From positions 310,001-374,000 of the forward strand of contig CDROCS010002469.1 in assembly GCA_977020255.1 (NCBI GenBank): DNA of 64,000 bases, given 5' to 3'. Position 1 is the first letter of the stretch. Each line of letters opens with the position of its first letter. The translations under genes were made by a program, and so were the position numbers. The notes beneath the pieces were generated by a model. That model saw nothing but the letters and a program-made list of their open reading frames with translations. It did no database searches and was not told the origin of the DNA. The stretch comes from Obrimoposthia wandeli. Its lineage: Eukaryota. Positions 63,233 through 64,000 of this stretch are shown piece after piece.

Positions 63233-64000
63233 ATGAGTCAGCAAGCAAATGCATCTGAATTAGATAAATTGTCTCAGGCTTTAGATAGTGGAGCTTTTCA
63301 ACAAATACGCTTCACATTAAATAACACACTTCAAAGTGTTGAAGTCGCGCAGCTATTAGAAAAGTCTCCTCCTAAAGAGCGAAAAGTGCTTTGGAAACTC
63401 ATCCATAGAGATAACGAAGGCGCTGTATTACAGCATTTATCTGATGATATTCAAGCTGATATATTATCACGTATGGATAATAGCCGTGTTCTCGCCTTAG
63501 CGGACACTCTAGATACCGACGATTTGGCCGATTTACTGCAACAACTGCCAGACACAGTCATGCGTGAACTCCTCAAGGTTATGGATAAGCAAAACCGCGA
63601 GCGAGTCGAACAAGTACTATCTTTCCCTGAAGACACCGCTGGGGGCTTGATGAATACCGATACGGTAACCATTAGACCCGATATCACTGTAGAAACAGTT
63701 TTACGTTATATAAGACGCCACGATGAAATTCCAGAGATGACAGATAGCTTGTTTGTCATAAGTCGGCGCAAAGAGCTTTACATCGGAATTCTGCCCCTAA
63801 CAAAGTTACTAGTGACGGATCCCGATATAACTGTACGTGAAATAATGGTCACTGAGATAGAACCCATTTCCGCCAACATGCCGGATCATGAAGTAGCACT
63901 ATTATTTGAGCAACACGATTTAGTCTCCGCTCCAGTGGTGGATGATGACGGTAAATTATTAGGGCGAATTACCATCGATGATGTTATCGACGTCATCCGT
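63233..64000 (+). CDS. mgtE: Magnesium transporter MgtE (5' part, runs off the window; missing from the ORF track)
   Basis: Translated by hand from ATG 63233: LDTDDLADLL, FPEDTAGGLMNTD, CBS domains, DLVSAPVVD, GRITIDDVIDV. Confidence 0.93.
   Translation, partial: MSQQANASELDKLSQALDSGAFQQIRFTLNNTLQSVEVAQLLEKSPPKERKVLWKLIHRDNEGAVLQHLSDDIQADILSRMDNSRVLALADTLDTDDLADLLQQLPDTVMRELLKVMDKQNRERVEQVLSFPEDTAGGLMNTDTVTIRPDITVETVLRYIRRHDEIPEMTDSLFVISRRKELYIGILPLTKLLVTDPDITVREIMVTEIEPISANMPDHEVALLFEQHDLVSAPVVDDDGKLLGRITIDDVIDVIR

Overview
64 kb of an AT-rich gammaproteobacterial chromosome. The gene order is Pseudomonadales/Oceanospirillales-like and the organism is probably marine (inferred from synteny only). 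From left to right: (1) an iron locus with a DUF4856-like secreted protein, a di-iron fatty-acid hydroxylase, a Fur-box-preceded Fe3+ ABC transporter and an RsmE-like gene; (2) ampD/nadC and type IVa pilus genes, with pilC and pilD separated by a ~9.2 kb low-GC insert that carries three c-di-GMP enzymes, DUF2892, an ArsP permease/thioredoxin pair, a MITE and a possible IS91/ISCR end; (3) coaE-yacG, mutT-argJ-secA and the dcw cluster; (4) a diguanylate cyclase, hisD-hisG-murA-ibaG, mlaFEDCB, yrbG-kdsD-kdsC-lptCAB, rpoN-hpf-ptsN-rapZ-npr and the 5' part of mgtE. Most notable observations: the dcw cluster has no ftsA (ftsQ runs into ftsZ across 99 bp) while FtsW carries a 118-residue charged C-terminal tail, suggesting a possible FtsA-independent divisome; and a ~150 bp MITE occurs in two copies, one with a perfect 9-bp target-site duplication. 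No tRNA, rRNA, CRISPR array or intact transposase/integrase was seen. All family assignments come from motif recognition by eye. No database search was run.
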